64,000 nt of DNA from Arcobacteraceae bacterium. Lineage in GTDB: Bacteria > Campylobacterota > Campylobacteria > Campylobacterales > Arcobacteraceae. The notes under the pieces were generated by a model that was not told the DNA's origin, did not search any database, and saw nothing but the letters and a program-made list of their open reading frames with translations. Shown one piece after another: positions 41,509-51,109 of this stretch. Both the position numbers and the translations under genes were made by a program. Numbering within the stretch: the stretch's first letter is position 1; each line of letters opens with the position of its first letter. The stretch covers positions 192,001 through 256,000 of the forward strand of contig OY759974.1 of the NCBI GenBank assembly GCA_963662945.1, given 5' to 3'.

Positions 41509-42612
41509 ATGACAAATCAACAACTTATAGAACAACGAATCAAGCAAGTTAAAGCTAATCTTTTATTAGAACAGCCCTACTTTGGAAGCGTAGCTATGCT
41601 ACAAAAACCAAAACTCAATGAAGATATACAAACCTTCTCTTCAACACCTGAACACTTTGAATACAACGATGACTATGTAGAGTGTTTAGATGATGAAGAG
41701 TTAAGTTTTCTTCTTACAAATTCTGCTATGCACCAAACTTTAGGATATGCAAATCGTAAAGAGGGAAGAATGGATTGGCTTTGGACTATGGCACAAGATT
41801 ATGCTATAAACTCTCTTTTAGTGAACAACGGATTAAAATTACCAGATGCCCTACTTTATGATGAGAGATTTGATACTTTGAGTGCGGAAGCTATCTATAA
41901 AATACTTGAAGATGAGATAGATGAAGATAAACACACTCCAAAAGAGGTTGAAAATATCCGTTATGAAAAGATGCCAGAAGTCAACGAATATGACCAAGAC
42001 CCAGTAGATTTTGAAGATATGAATCAACAGCTTTTAAATAAAGCAAAACTTCAAGGGGATTTACCTCTTGGGATTGAGATACTTGTACCTAATTTAGACA
42101 ATGCAACTATAACTTGGGAAGATGAATTGTATACTATCATAGAAAATAGTGTCAAATTTGACTACTCCTTATTTCCACCAAATAAACGCTATATTTCACA
42201 AGATATGGCACTACCAAGTTTAAGTGGTACGCGAACAAAACTAGTTATTGCCATAGATAGTTCAGGTTCTATTGATGGGGCACTTTTAGGAAGATTTTTA
42301 AGTGAAGTTGAGTCTATTATGAATACTTTTGTAGATTTTGAGATAGATCTACTTATAGCTGATGCCAAGGTACATGAACATCATGTATTATATGCAGGAG
42401 ATGAGCTCGAATACACTATCAAAGGTGGTGGTGGTACAAGTTTTGAGGAGACATTTAAATATTGTGACGAAAATATTGATAATGTCACACTCTTTTTATA
42501 CTTCACAGATGGTTTTGGAAAAATGCCACAAGAGGAACCATTATATGATGTAGTTTGGGTCTGTGATAACAATGAAGCAACTTTTCCTTTTGGTAGAGTT
42601 TTATCTTTATAA
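41509..42612 (+). CDS. DUF2201-type metallopeptidase-like + vWA protein
   Basis: PYFG, A-x-DYAIN, MIDAS DSSGS, GGGGTSF and YFTDG; HExxH position reads NSAMH. Confidence 0.8.
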   Translation: MTNQQLIEQRIKQVKANLLLEQPYFGSVAMLQKPKLNEDIQTFSSTPEHFEYNDDYVECLDDEELSFLLTNSAMHQTLGYANRKEGRMDWLWTMAQDYAINSLLVNNGLKLPDALLYDERFDTLSAEAIYKILEDEIDEDKHTPKEVENIRYEKMPEVNEYDQDPVDFEDMNQQLLNKAKLQGDLPLGIEILVPNLDNATITWEDELYTIIENSVKFDYSLFPPNKRYISQDMALPSLSGTRTKLVIAIDSSGSIDGALLGRFLSEVESIMNTFVDFEIDLLIADAKVHEHHVLYAGDELEYTIKGGGGTSFEETFKYCDENIDNVTLFLYFTDGFGKMPQEEPLYDVVWVCDNNEATFPFGRVLSL

Positions 42613-42633
42613 GAGTTTAGATACAATTCCACT

Positions 42634-43101
42634 ATGGTATTATCAACTATAGACAACTCTATTTTTTCAAAGATATTTTGGACTACATTATTATTCAAAC
42701 AAAATAAATACCACAAGTATGGAATACTTTTACATACAGTCAAAGTTGTAATTGGTGTACTCAAAGCGAAAGATTTTAAGTTTTTAGCAGCTGCAGTTTT
42801 TCATGATATAGGAAAACCTTTTGTAGCATACCAAGATAGTGAAGATATTCTAGTTGGAGAATACTCTTTTACAGATCATGAAGAGAGAAGTTACCAGATA
42901 GTAAAAAACTGGTTTTTTTTGAGTGATTGGACAAAAAATATAATACGATACCACTACATTATAAGAGATATAGAAAATTCTAAAAGAAAAGGTTTGTTAG
43001 ATAGACTAGCAAGACTTGAAAAGGCTTATGCCACTTTAGATGATGATTTTATAAAAGAGTTAGAGATATTTTTAATATATGATGATTATGGGAAACAATA
43101 A
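42634..43101 (+). CDS. HD-domain protein
   Basis: H...LHTVKV, FHDIGK, DHEE and RYH motifs. Confidence 0.75.
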   Translation: MVLSTIDNSIFSKIFWTTLLFKQNKYHKYGILLHTVKVVIGVLKAKDFKFLAAAVFHDIGKPFVAYQDSEDILVGEYSFTDHEERSYQIVKNWFFLSDWTKNIIRYHYIIRDIENSKRKGLLDRLARLEKAYATLDDDFIKELEIFLIYDDYGKQ

Positions 43102-43113
43102 AAGGAAACAAAA

Positions 43114-44172
43114 TTGATAAAAAATATTACAGGAAATATTGACTTTATTGAGAGATTAAGAGGGAAAAGTGCTACTTTTATGTTAGCACTTTCAAACACA
43201 GAGACAGCAAAAATAGAGGGTATCACACAAGCTGGAATACCAGGACTTATACACTTAACCCCCACACTTGATAGTGAGTTTTTATGTAGTGGAGAGGTAA
43301 GAAGCCTAGAAGGGATTGCGACAACTCCGACTGGGGTACCAACTCCAGCACTGATTACTCGTGCTATTCACCTTTTACATCCATACAGTAATATTGAACT
43401 TCTTAACTTAGGATTAGAAGTAACACCACAACTACAATACTTCACAACATATAATTTTGATATACTCCCAAGTGGAAGTATAGATACAGGAGCTTCTATA
43501 GATGCACAAACTATTTTCCAAAAAGCTTTAGAATTTGGACAAAATTATGAATGTACAAATGAATATATCATTTTAGCAGAATCCGTCCCAAGTGGTACTA
43601 CAACTGCCTTAGCAACTGCTTTAGCACTTGGATATGATTGTAAAAATATGTTTAGTAGTAGTTTTAAAAATGTTCCAAACAATATAAGAGAAACAACTAT
43701 ACAAAAAGCTTTAGAAAACATTACAGAAGAAGATGATATTTTTACAGTTTTAAGTAAAGTATCTGATAATATGCTTATATTTACAGCAGGATTTATACTA
43801 GGACTTAACAACAAAATACCACTCGTTTTAGCAGGTGGTACACAAATGGCTTGTTCACTTCTTATTGTAAATAAAATATTAGAAGAGATGGGAAGTGAAT
43901 TTAATACCTCAAATCTATCCCTTTGTACTACAAAGTGGGTGGCAAAAGATACAAATAGTGATATTAAGGCAATTTTAGAAATGCTTAATTTTTCTATTAA
44001 TAGTTATTATGTAGATTTTGATTTTGCACTTTCAAATCATCCAGCTTTAAAACTTTACGATGAGGGAGAAGCAAAAGAGGGAGTTGGTGCTGGTGGGGCA
44101 TTGATGTATGGTGTTTTAAATGGTTTAAATAAGCAACAAATTACTAGTAAAGTGGAAGAGTTTTTAGCTTAA
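43114..44172 (+). CDS. cobT: Nicotinate-mononucleotide-dependent phosphoribosyltransferase CobT (archaeal/cyanobacterial-type)
   Basis: GITQAG, PTPALIT, ESVPSGTTTA, AGGTQM and KEGVGAGG motifs. Confidence 0.85.
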   Translation: MIKNITGNIDFIERLRGKSATFMLALSNTETAKIEGITQAGIPGLIHLTPTLDSEFLCSGEVRSLEGIATTPTGVPTPALITRAIHLLHPYSNIELLNLGLEVTPQLQYFTTYNFDILPSGSIDTGASIDAQTIFQKALEFGQNYECTNEYIILAESVPSGTTTALATALALGYDCKNMFSSSFKNVPNNIRETTIQKALENITEEDDIFTVLSKVSDNMLIFTAGFILGLNNKIPLVLAGGTQMACSLLIVNKILEEMGSEFNTSNLSLCTTKWVAKDTNSDIKAILEMLNFSINSYYVDFDFALSNHPALKLYDEGEAKEGVGAGGALMYGVLNGLNKQQITSKVEEFLA

Positions 44173-44667
44173 ATGAAGATACTCTATTTCGGTGGACAAA
44201 AATCTGGAAAGTCAAACTTAGCTGAACAAAAAGCTATTAGATTATCAAATGAAAGAAAACCATACTATATAGCTACTTATGATAATAGTTATGGAGATAG
44301 TGAGATGATCCAAAGAATTCAAAAACATCAGCTTCAAAGAGTTGATAATTTTCTTACTATTGAAGAAACTCACGAGTTGTTTTCAGTTATAAATGAGGGA
44401 GAGACTTATCTTATAGACTGTATCTCTATGTGGATTTTAAACAATATTGAAGAAGATGAAACCAATTTACTAGAACAACTTGACCTTTTAAGCAAAAAAA
44501 ATGCCAATATAGTTTTTGTACTCAATGATGTAAGTTCTGGTGTAATTCCACTTGATAGTTTGAGTCGTAAATATGTTGATTTATCAGGTATTATAGGACA
44601 AAAGCTGGCATCATTTTGTGATGAGGTATATGAAGTAAAACTTGGATTGGAAGTAAAACTCAAATGA
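44173..44667 (+). CDS. cobU: Adenosylcobinamide kinase / phosphate guanylyltransferase
   Basis: GGQKSGKS, YIAT, EMIQRIQKHQLQR and DCISMW motifs. Confidence 0.88.
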   Translation: MKILYFGGQKSGKSNLAEQKAIRLSNERKPYYIATYDNSYGDSEMIQRIQKHQLQRVDNFLTIEETHELFSVINEGETYLIDCISMWILNNIEEDETNLLEQLDLLSKKNANIVFVLNDVSSGVIPLDSLSRKYVDLSGIIGQKLASFCDEVYEVKLGLEVKLK

Positions 44668-45353
44668 GAGATATGATAAATGGTTTAAAATATGGCATCT
44701 CTTATTTTTCATTTCTTCCTCTAAAAGTACCCTACTTTGAGGCAAACAAAGAGTTTTATAAAGGGGTAGTTTTTAGTTTACCTCTTGTTGGTTTTTTATT
44801 GTCAATCATTACTATAGGATTATTTGTACTTCTTCCTTTTCCACCTCTTTATAAAGCAATCCTTTGTTCTGTTCTTTATCTCTTTTTATATGGATTTATC
44901 CACCTTGAAGCAGTTGCTGATACAATAGACGGTTACTTTGCATGTTTGTCAAATAAAGATGTACATGATATAATGAAAGAGCCACAAATTGGGGCTATTG
45001 GAGCTATTGGAACTTTTTGTTTTGTACTTTTAAAAGTTTTAGCAATTTCATTTTTACTTTACTTTGAGCACTATATTTTAATTGTTATTGCTCTTGTTTT
45101 AAGCCGAAGTTCACTTCTTTTTGCTTTAGATTTAGAATATCATGAAAGTAGCAACTTTATCAACTCACTAAAAAGTTCCTTTCAAACTCCAATTTTTATT
45201 AAAATTCTATTTTTACCTTTAAATTTATTAACAAAATTTATTCTTAACCGATTAAAGAAACATCTTGGCTTTTTAAATGGAGATACTTTAGGATTTACTA
45301 TAGAACTACAAGAGATTCTTTTATTGAATCTAGGCATATTATTATGCAACTGA
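44664..45353 (+). CDS. cobS: Adenosylcobinamide-GDP ribazoletransferase
   Basis: GFIHLEAVADTIDG, IMKEPQIGA and GFLNGDTLG motifs; membrane protein. Confidence 0.88.
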   Translation: MRDMINGLKYGISYFSFLPLKVPYFEANKEFYKGVVFSLPLVGFLLSIITIGLFVLLPFPPLYKAILCSVLYLFLYGFIHLEAVADTIDGYFACLSNKDVHDIMKEPQIGAIGAIGTFCFVLLKVLAISFLLYFEHYILIVIALVLSRSSLLFALDLEYHESSNFINSLKSSFQTPIFIKILFLPLNLLTKFILNRLKKHLGFLNGDTLGFTIELQEILLLNLGILLCN

Positions 45354-46666
45354 TAAATAAAACACAAAAGTATGGAATACATAGACCTAGAGATAAATCT
45401 CTTACGCTACTCGAACTTATTGCTATAGCACTAGGAGGTATGATAGGTGGAGGAATATTTACTGTTTTAGGAATTTCTGTATCAATGATAGGAGTATTTA
45501 CTCCTGTAGCATTTCTAATTGGTGGATTACTCGCTATTTTAGCTGCATATTCATATATCAAATTAGGCGTTTATTATAAAGATGAAGGGGCTACATATTC
45601 TTTTTATAAAAAAACATTTCCCAATATCCCTTTTGCATCATCACTCATAGGTTGGTGGGTAATTTTTGGGTACATTAGTACCCTAGCTTTGTATGCTTAT
45701 ACTTTCGCATCTTATGCAATTAGTGGATTTGAATTTGCTCACAATGAATGGATAAGAAAAGGCGTTGCAGGTTCAATCATACTAATTTTTACACTTATAA
45801 ACATTTGGAGTGTAAAAGGGATGGGAAAAGTTGAAGACCTTATGGTATATACAAAATTAGTGATTCTAACCATAATCTCTTTTGTTCTTATTAACAATGC
45901 AAATACCACAATACCAACACTTATCCAAAATAATCAAGATATATCAACTCTTTCTATTTTAATTGTTGCTTCACTAACCTTTGTTGCCTTTGAGGGCTTT
46001 CAACTTGTTATTAATGCAGTAAATGAAATGGATAATCCTGATAAAAATATTCCAAAAGCTATCTATAGCGCAATGATTTTGGCTATATTGATTTATATAA
46101 TTTTATCTTTAGGAGCAATCTTGACAATACCTTTTGAAGATATTATAAAAGACCAAGAATATGCTTTAGCCTCAGGTGCAGATAAAATCTTGGGACATTG
46201 GGGAACAGAGTTAGTTATTCTTGGAGCACTCCTTGCTACTAGTAGTGCTATTAGTGGTACATTATTTGGAGCTTCACGACAAATGGCAGTGATAGCTCAA
46301 GATGGTTACTTTCCAAATTATCTTGCAAAAAGAAAAAATAACATTCCAATCTATTCAATAGTAACTATGGCAATATTAGCTTTGATACTTATACTTGTAG
46401 GAAATTTAAAAGTAATTTTAGAATTTGGCAGTGTTACTTTTTTACTAGTTTCATTTCTTATGGCATACGCTAATTTTAAAATATATAAAAAAACAAATTC
46501 CTCATTACTCATCACAATTACAGCTATGATTGGACTTGCTATTGGAACTATTCTTATTGTTTATGATGAATATATCACGCAAGTAGAGCAATTGTATTTT
46601 ATAGGTGGACTCTATTTTATACTGACAATTTCAGCTTTTATATATTCAAAACTAAAGAAGAATTAA
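45344..46666 (+). CDS. APC-family amino acid permease
   Basis: GGMIGGGIF and AFEGFQ motifs; about 12 TM helices. Confidence 0.88.
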   Translation: MQLINKTQKYGIHRPRDKSLTLLELIAIALGGMIGGGIFTVLGISVSMIGVFTPVAFLIGGLLAILAAYSYIKLGVYYKDEGATYSFYKKTFPNIPFASSLIGWWVIFGYISTLALYAYTFASYAISGFEFAHNEWIRKGVAGSIILIFTLINIWSVKGMGKVEDLMVYTKLVILTIISFVLINNANTTIPTLIQNNQDISTLSILIVASLTFVAFEGFQLVINAVNEMDNPDKNIPKAIYSAMILAILIYIILSLGAILTIPFEDIIKDQEYALASGADKILGHWGTELVILGALLATSSAISGTLFGASRQMAVIAQDGYFPNYLAKRKNNIPIYSIVTMAILALILILVGNLKVILEFGSVTFLLVSFLMAYANFKIYKKTNSSLLITITAMIGLAIGTILIVYDEYITQVEQLYFIGGLYFILTISAFIYSKLKKN

Positions 46667-47874
46667 AATTTTATCCTAAAAATATTTTGATTATCCCTAT
46701 ATTCATATTCTAAAGTAAAATGATGATGTTCTAATACTCTTTTTACTATATTTAATCCCAAACCATATCCTTTTATATTTCTACTAGTATCCTCTTGTGT
46801 AAAAGTTTGCATATAAAATTCAAGCTCATTATCAAGCTTTTTTCCATAATTTCTTACTTCTAATGTACCCTTGTCAACTACTATTTCCACATTTCCTTTT
46901 TCTCTATATTTTAAAGCATTATCAATAAGATTTTTGATAGCTATAGAGATATAGTTTATATCTGCAATACAATCAAATCTATTCAAGATTTTCACCTCAA
47001 TATCTTCTTCATTTTCTACAATCATTTTTGATAAAGCATTTGCCAATATAGTTTCTATAGAATGTTTTTCAACATTCAATATAAGATTTTTTGAATTTAA
47101 TCTTTCTAATTCCAACAGTTCATTGGTGAGTTCATCAATATTATTTATAGATTTTTTTAAAATTGTTTTATATTTACTCTCTTCTATCATCTCTAATGAA
47201 AATTTTGCTTTTGAAATAGGAGTTCGTAACTCATGGCTAATATCATTTAAAAATTGTGTTCTTGCAACGATTAAACTTTCAAGATTTTCAGCCATTGTAT
47301 TAAATCTTCTTACAAGTTCTCCTATTTCATCTTTTGAATTTGAAATTAAAAGTCTTGAAGAGTAATCACCACTACCAAAATTTTTTATACCTTTAGATAT
47401 GGTTTTAAGTGGTCGTAAAATACCAATTATTACAAAAAACATAATAATCAAGATTGAGATATCAGCTAAGATAAGATAATTCAAATGCTCTTTTTGTTCA
47501 ATCTCTTTTTTTTGAGATATATCATAAAAATAAAACTCATCATCAAGATATTTCATAAAAAGTAAATACCCATCATCTTGTTTGAATATTTTTATCTCTC
47601 CAAATGAAATTATTTGTTTATAAATACTATTAGAATCTTCTATAGTTGTATTAACTATTCTTGTTTCATAATTTAACTCTTGAACTCTTTTATTTAATGT
47701 TGTTAAATCACCATTTACAAAATAATTAAAAAGTTCTTTAGAAGCTTGTATATATTTTTCCTTATGGATTAATTCAATTTTTTCATCAGTTATTTCATTT
47801 GTTTTACTAGATAAATACAACATCAAAACGATACTAATACAAAACAATATAAAAACTTTAGTAAAAATCGACAT
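46663..47874 (-). CDS. Sensor histidine kinase (HAMP-HisKA-HATPase)
   Basis: SHELRTP, NLIDNALKY and GYGLGL motifs. Confidence 0.93.
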   Translation of the reverse strand: MSIFTKVFILFCISIVLMLYLSSKTNEITDEKIELIHKEKYIQASKELFNYFVNGDLTTLNKRVQELNYETRIVNTTIEDSNSIYKQIISFGEIKIFKQDDGYLLFMKYLDDEFYFYDISQKKEIEQKEHLNYLILADISILIIMFFVIIGILRPLKTISKGIKNFGSGDYSSRLLISNSKDEIGELVRRFNTMAENLESLIVARTQFLNDISHELRTPISKAKFSLEMIEESKYKTILKKSINNIDELTNELLELERLNSKNLILNVEKHSIETILANALSKMIVENEEDIEVKILNRFDCIADINYISIAIKNLIDNALKYREKGNVEIVVDKGTLEVRNYGKKLDNELEFYMQTFTQEDTSRNIKGYGLGLNIVKRVLEHHHFTLEYEYRDNQNIFRIKF

Positions 47875-47877
47875 CTT

Positions 47878-48546
47878 TTATCCTATAAATTTATATCCAA
47901 TACCCCAAATAGATTTAATATATTTTGCATTTTTTGAGTCATCAAAAATCTTATTTCGTATATTACTTATATGCATATCTATTGCTCTATCTTTGATATT
48001 CACATATTCGCTTCCTAAAAATTGTGCGATAGACTCTCTTGAGAGAACTTTGTTTTGATTATTTAAAAGTAATAAAAATATCTCATATTCTATTTTTGTA
48101 AGTTCTAAGATATGTCCCTCTTGCATAATTTGCATTTTATCTTCATCTATTGTAAATTCTCCAACAACTTTATTATGACATTTAGGTGTAATTCTTCGTA
48201 AAATAGCATTTATCCGTATCACTAACTCTTTTGGTTCATAAGGTTTCGCCAAATAATCATCTGCACCATAATCAAAAGCAACTATCTTATCTCCTAAATT
48301 ACCTCTGGCACTTGAAATTATTATAGGTATCGAGCTTTTTTCTCTTATCTTTTTGCAAACATCAAAACCATCAAGATGAGGAAGCATTAAATCTAAAACA
48401 ACTATATCATAACTATTTTTTTGTTCTAAACTTTTCAATGCCTCAAGAGGATTTGCAAAAGAATCTATTTCAAAATCAAAATTTTTTAAATAATCTTGAA
48501 GTAATTCTTGCATATCAAGATCATCTTCTATAAGTAAGATTTTCAT
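47878..48546 (-). CDS. OmpR-family response regulator
   Basis: LIEDD, LDLMLP, GADDYLAKPY and WGIGYK motifs. Confidence 0.95.
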   Translation of the reverse strand: MKILLIEDDLDMQELLQDYLKNFDFEIDSFANPLEALKSLEQKNSYDIVVLDLMLPHLDGFDVCKKIREKSSIPIIISSARGNLGDKIVAFDYGADDYLAKPYEPKELVIRINAILRRITPKCHNKVVGEFTIDEDKMQIMQEGHILELTKIEYEIFLLLLNNQNKVLSRESIAQFLGSEYVNIKDRAIDMHISNIRNKIFDDSKNAKYIKSIWGIGYKFIG

Positions 48547-48926
48547 TCAACCTCCCATTCATCGATATATTCTATAAACTTAGTTCTTTGTTCTTTTGAC
48601 AAAAGAGTATGAATTTGTTGTAAAAATTTTATTTCTAACTCAGTAGCAATTTTAGAGACTTGAAAATTCAATTCTTCTATCTTTGTTGTATCAAAATTTT
48701 CTTGAGAAAATACTTTTTGTTTTTCCTCTAAAATATCTTTTCTTTCTTCTCTATATTTTTTAATATTTTTTCTATACTCTTTTAAAATATGTTTTAAACT
48801 TTTCTTTTGCTCATGGTCTAAATTTAAATAAGTTAAATCTTTATGGTAATAATGATGATGTTTCTCTTCATCACTATCTGCAAAAAGTGTATAAACTAAA
48901 AGAGATAGTATTAATAATAATCTCAT
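48543..48926 (-). CDS. Periplasmic Spy/CpxP-like protein
   Basis: Signal peptide, His-rich N-terminus, LNLDHEQK and LSKEQR (LTxxQ-like) motifs. Confidence 0.7.
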   Translation of the reverse strand: MRLLLILSLLVYTLFADSDEEKHHHYYHKDLTYLNLDHEQKKSLKHILKEYRKNIKKYREERKDILEEKQKVFSQENFDTTKIEELNFQVSKIATELEIKFLQQIHTLLSKEQRTKFIEYIDEWEVE

Positions 48927-48927
48927 T

Positions 48928-50046
48928 TTATCCCCTAATATCTGGAACTTTTATCAAACTTTTTTCTATAAGTCCATTTTCTATATCTGTATGACAAGCT
49001 TTACAGTTTGCTTTAGATTTCACCTTTGCACTTGCAAAAATATCTTTATCTATTTTTTTATGTTTTTTTTCCCAATAAGGTGTTTTTGTTATAGCTATTG
49101 TACTATTATTTTCTTTGAGGCTTTTTAATATTTTAAAAGCTGCTTTATGTGTAGAATTTTCAGCACTATTTTTTTCTAAGAAACTAAGTATGGATAAATT
49201 TGTTTCCTTATCTATACTTGCATCATCTCCAAAATGATTTTCTAAATCACCCATCATAAGAGTCCAAGAGCTTTTAGGGAGTAAAAAAGGTGGATATGTT
49301 ATATGACAACTGCCACACTCCTTTGAAAAATCTTGATGTAACAAAGCATAGTCTTGTTTTATATTTGCACTAGCCACAAAAATATTGTCTTTTGCAAAAA
49401 TCAAATAATAAAGTGCATATAGTGAAGCTAGTATAAAAATCACACCCAATAACTTTTGAAAGAAATTAATTTTGATACTCACATCTTGTGATGTTTTTTT
49501 ATATCCATCAATCATTGATTCTATAGCATCACCTTTTTTTATAAACCTATCTATCAAACTTCCAGCAACATGTACAACAATCACAGCTAAAAATAGATTT
49601 GAGAGAAATTCATGTATCTCTTTAAAAAGTTCCATCTTTTTAAAATAATCACTATGTAAAAACGACAATATCCCATGATTTTCTTCAACTCCATAGACTA
49701 AAAGCCCAGATAATATGGTCAAAATTGCCAATACAATCATAGCTACAATGGCATAACTTGATGCAGGATTGTGTCCTAGATACTCTTTTGTTTTTGAAAA
49801 AGGGGAAAGTAGATACTCTTTCAAATCTACTAAATTAAAATTGAAATCTTTAAATTTAGAGTGTTTAGGCCCTATATAACCCCAAAAAACTCGAAATAAA
49901 AATACAACTCCCAGAGCAAGACCAAAAGCTACATGATAAGATAATAACTCATCAAAATCAGCTAAAACATAACTAACTGTAAAAAAGAGTATCATTAATA
50001 TATGCGATACTCTGTTAAACAAAGGCCAAATATAACTTTTAGTCAT
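48928..50046 (-). CDS. Cytochrome b/b6 domain fused to diheme cytochrome c (start revised to ATG at 50046)
   Basis: IWPLFNRVSH, GHNP and IHE TM histidines; C-terminal ECGSCH and NCKACH. Confidence 0.88.
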   Translation of the reverse strand: MTKSYIWPLFNRVSHILMILFFTVSYVLADFDELLSYHVAFGLALGVVFLFRVFWGYIGPKHSKFKDFNFNLVDLKEYLLSPFSKTKEYLGHNPASSYAIVAMIVLAILTILSGLLVYGVEENHGILSFLHSDYFKKMELFKEIHEFLSNLFLAVIVVHVAGSLIDRFIKKGDAIESMIDGYKKTSQDVSIKINFFQKLLGVIFILASLYALYYLIFAKDNIFVASANIKQDYALLHQDFSKECGSCHITYPPFLLPKSSWTLMMGDLENHFGDDASIDKETNLSILSFLEKNSAENSTHKAAFKILKSLKENNSTIAITKTPYWEKKHKKIDKDIFASAKVKSKANCKACHTDIENGLIEKSLIKVPDIRG

Positions 50047-50530
50047 CCCATCTTCCATAGTTTGGTATTTTAATTGCTCTTTCACTGTATATTCCTTTAT
50101 CTGCTGTTGTATGACAAGCCATACAATTACTAAGTGTTCCAACCTCTTTTTGTGTTATCATTCTTTTTGGTATCTCATTATGTTTTTTTATAAAATATGC
50201 AACTTCAGTTATCTTTAGTGGTATTTCATTTGCCCTTATAGAGTTAGTTATTTTTCTACTTCTTTTATACTCCATAGCTTTTTCACTACTATTTGCTTTT
50301 AAATAGTTAAGTATCGTATTATAATCCTCTTTTGCTAAGGTAGCATCTGTATTAAAATGATTTTCTAAATTATTCATCATCTTTACCCAAGAACGCTCTG
50401 GTAAAAGACCAGCTTGAAAAGCAAAATGACAACTTCCACACTCTTTTATGTACAATTGATTATTCACAGGTTTTACTCCACTAGCAAAAACAATTGTTGT
50501 CAATAATATACTTAAAATTAATTTTTTCAT
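50039..50530 (-). CDS. Diheme cytochrome c (DHC)
   Basis: Signal peptide; ECGSCH, LPERSW, LENHF and NCMACH motifs. Confidence 0.9.
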   Translation of the reverse strand: MKKLILSILLTTIVFASGVKPVNNQLYIKECGSCHFAFQAGLLPERSWVKMMNNLENHFNTDATLAKEDYNTILNYLKANSSEKAMEYKRSRKITNSIRANEIPLKITEVAYFIKKHNEIPKRMITQKEVGTLSNCMACHTTADKGIYSERAIKIPNYGRWDD

Positions 50531-50541
50531 AGTCTATCCTT

Positions 50542-50959
50542 CTATTTTGAGTTGATGTAATACAATACATCACCTTTTTCTTGAGCAGTTCCCTCTCTAT
50601 TATATACATCTTTAAAATTTCTTCTTAACCATTTTTCAACATCTTTTACATTAGTTAGTCTAGTTGAATTTTTATTTGGAGAAAGAGGTTCAATAAGTTT
50701 ATTTGTAAAAACATTTTTCCCATTGTTGTTAAATCAATATTATGACAACTTGTACAAGATATCTTTTCACCTTTTTTCCCTATATGTGAAGTTGTAAATA
50801 TTTTCTCACCCTCTTTCACACTAAAATCCACAAAACCACCATTCTCTTTTTTCGCTTCTATTTTTAAACCATTTATATATTCTTGCATACTTGAATTAAA
50901 CTGTGCTGCAAATATATTTGTATTGTAAATCAACAGAAATCCTATCATTATTTTTTCAT
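50542..50959 (-). pseudogene. DUF1924/SHP-like monoheme cytochrome c with two apparent 1-nt deletions
   Basis: AAGGA then ATG AAA AAA TAA at 50959 (A6; A7 would restore MKKIMIG). After SCTSCH the conserved tail GKNVFTNKLIEPLSP...VEKWLRRNFKDVYNREGTAQEKGDVLYYI continues in another frame to TAG at 50542. Confidence 0.8.
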
Positions 50960-51023
50960 TTTTTTCCTTTATATTTTTATTATCATAACTTTATTCCTAA
51001 TTTGTAAAATGAAATAATACATA

Positions 51024-51045
51024 TCTTTACAATTTCTTTACAATT
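51024..51045. promoter_or_regulatory. Perfect 11-bp tandem repeat (TCTTTACAATT)x2, candidate OmpR/CpxR-type binding site
   Basis: Minus strand reads GTAAA-N6-GTAAA upstream of the cytochrome/two-component operon. Confidence 0.6.
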
Positions 51046-51109
51046 AAAGCTAACTTAAAAATATAATATAGTAGACTAAAAATTCAATTTAAAAAAAGGT
51101 CTCTAGTAT

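Noticed and set aside
50047-50142. N-terminal extension of the cytochrome b ORF
   Set aside because: Lies inside the dhc gene; MTKSYIW at 50046 is the family-typical start
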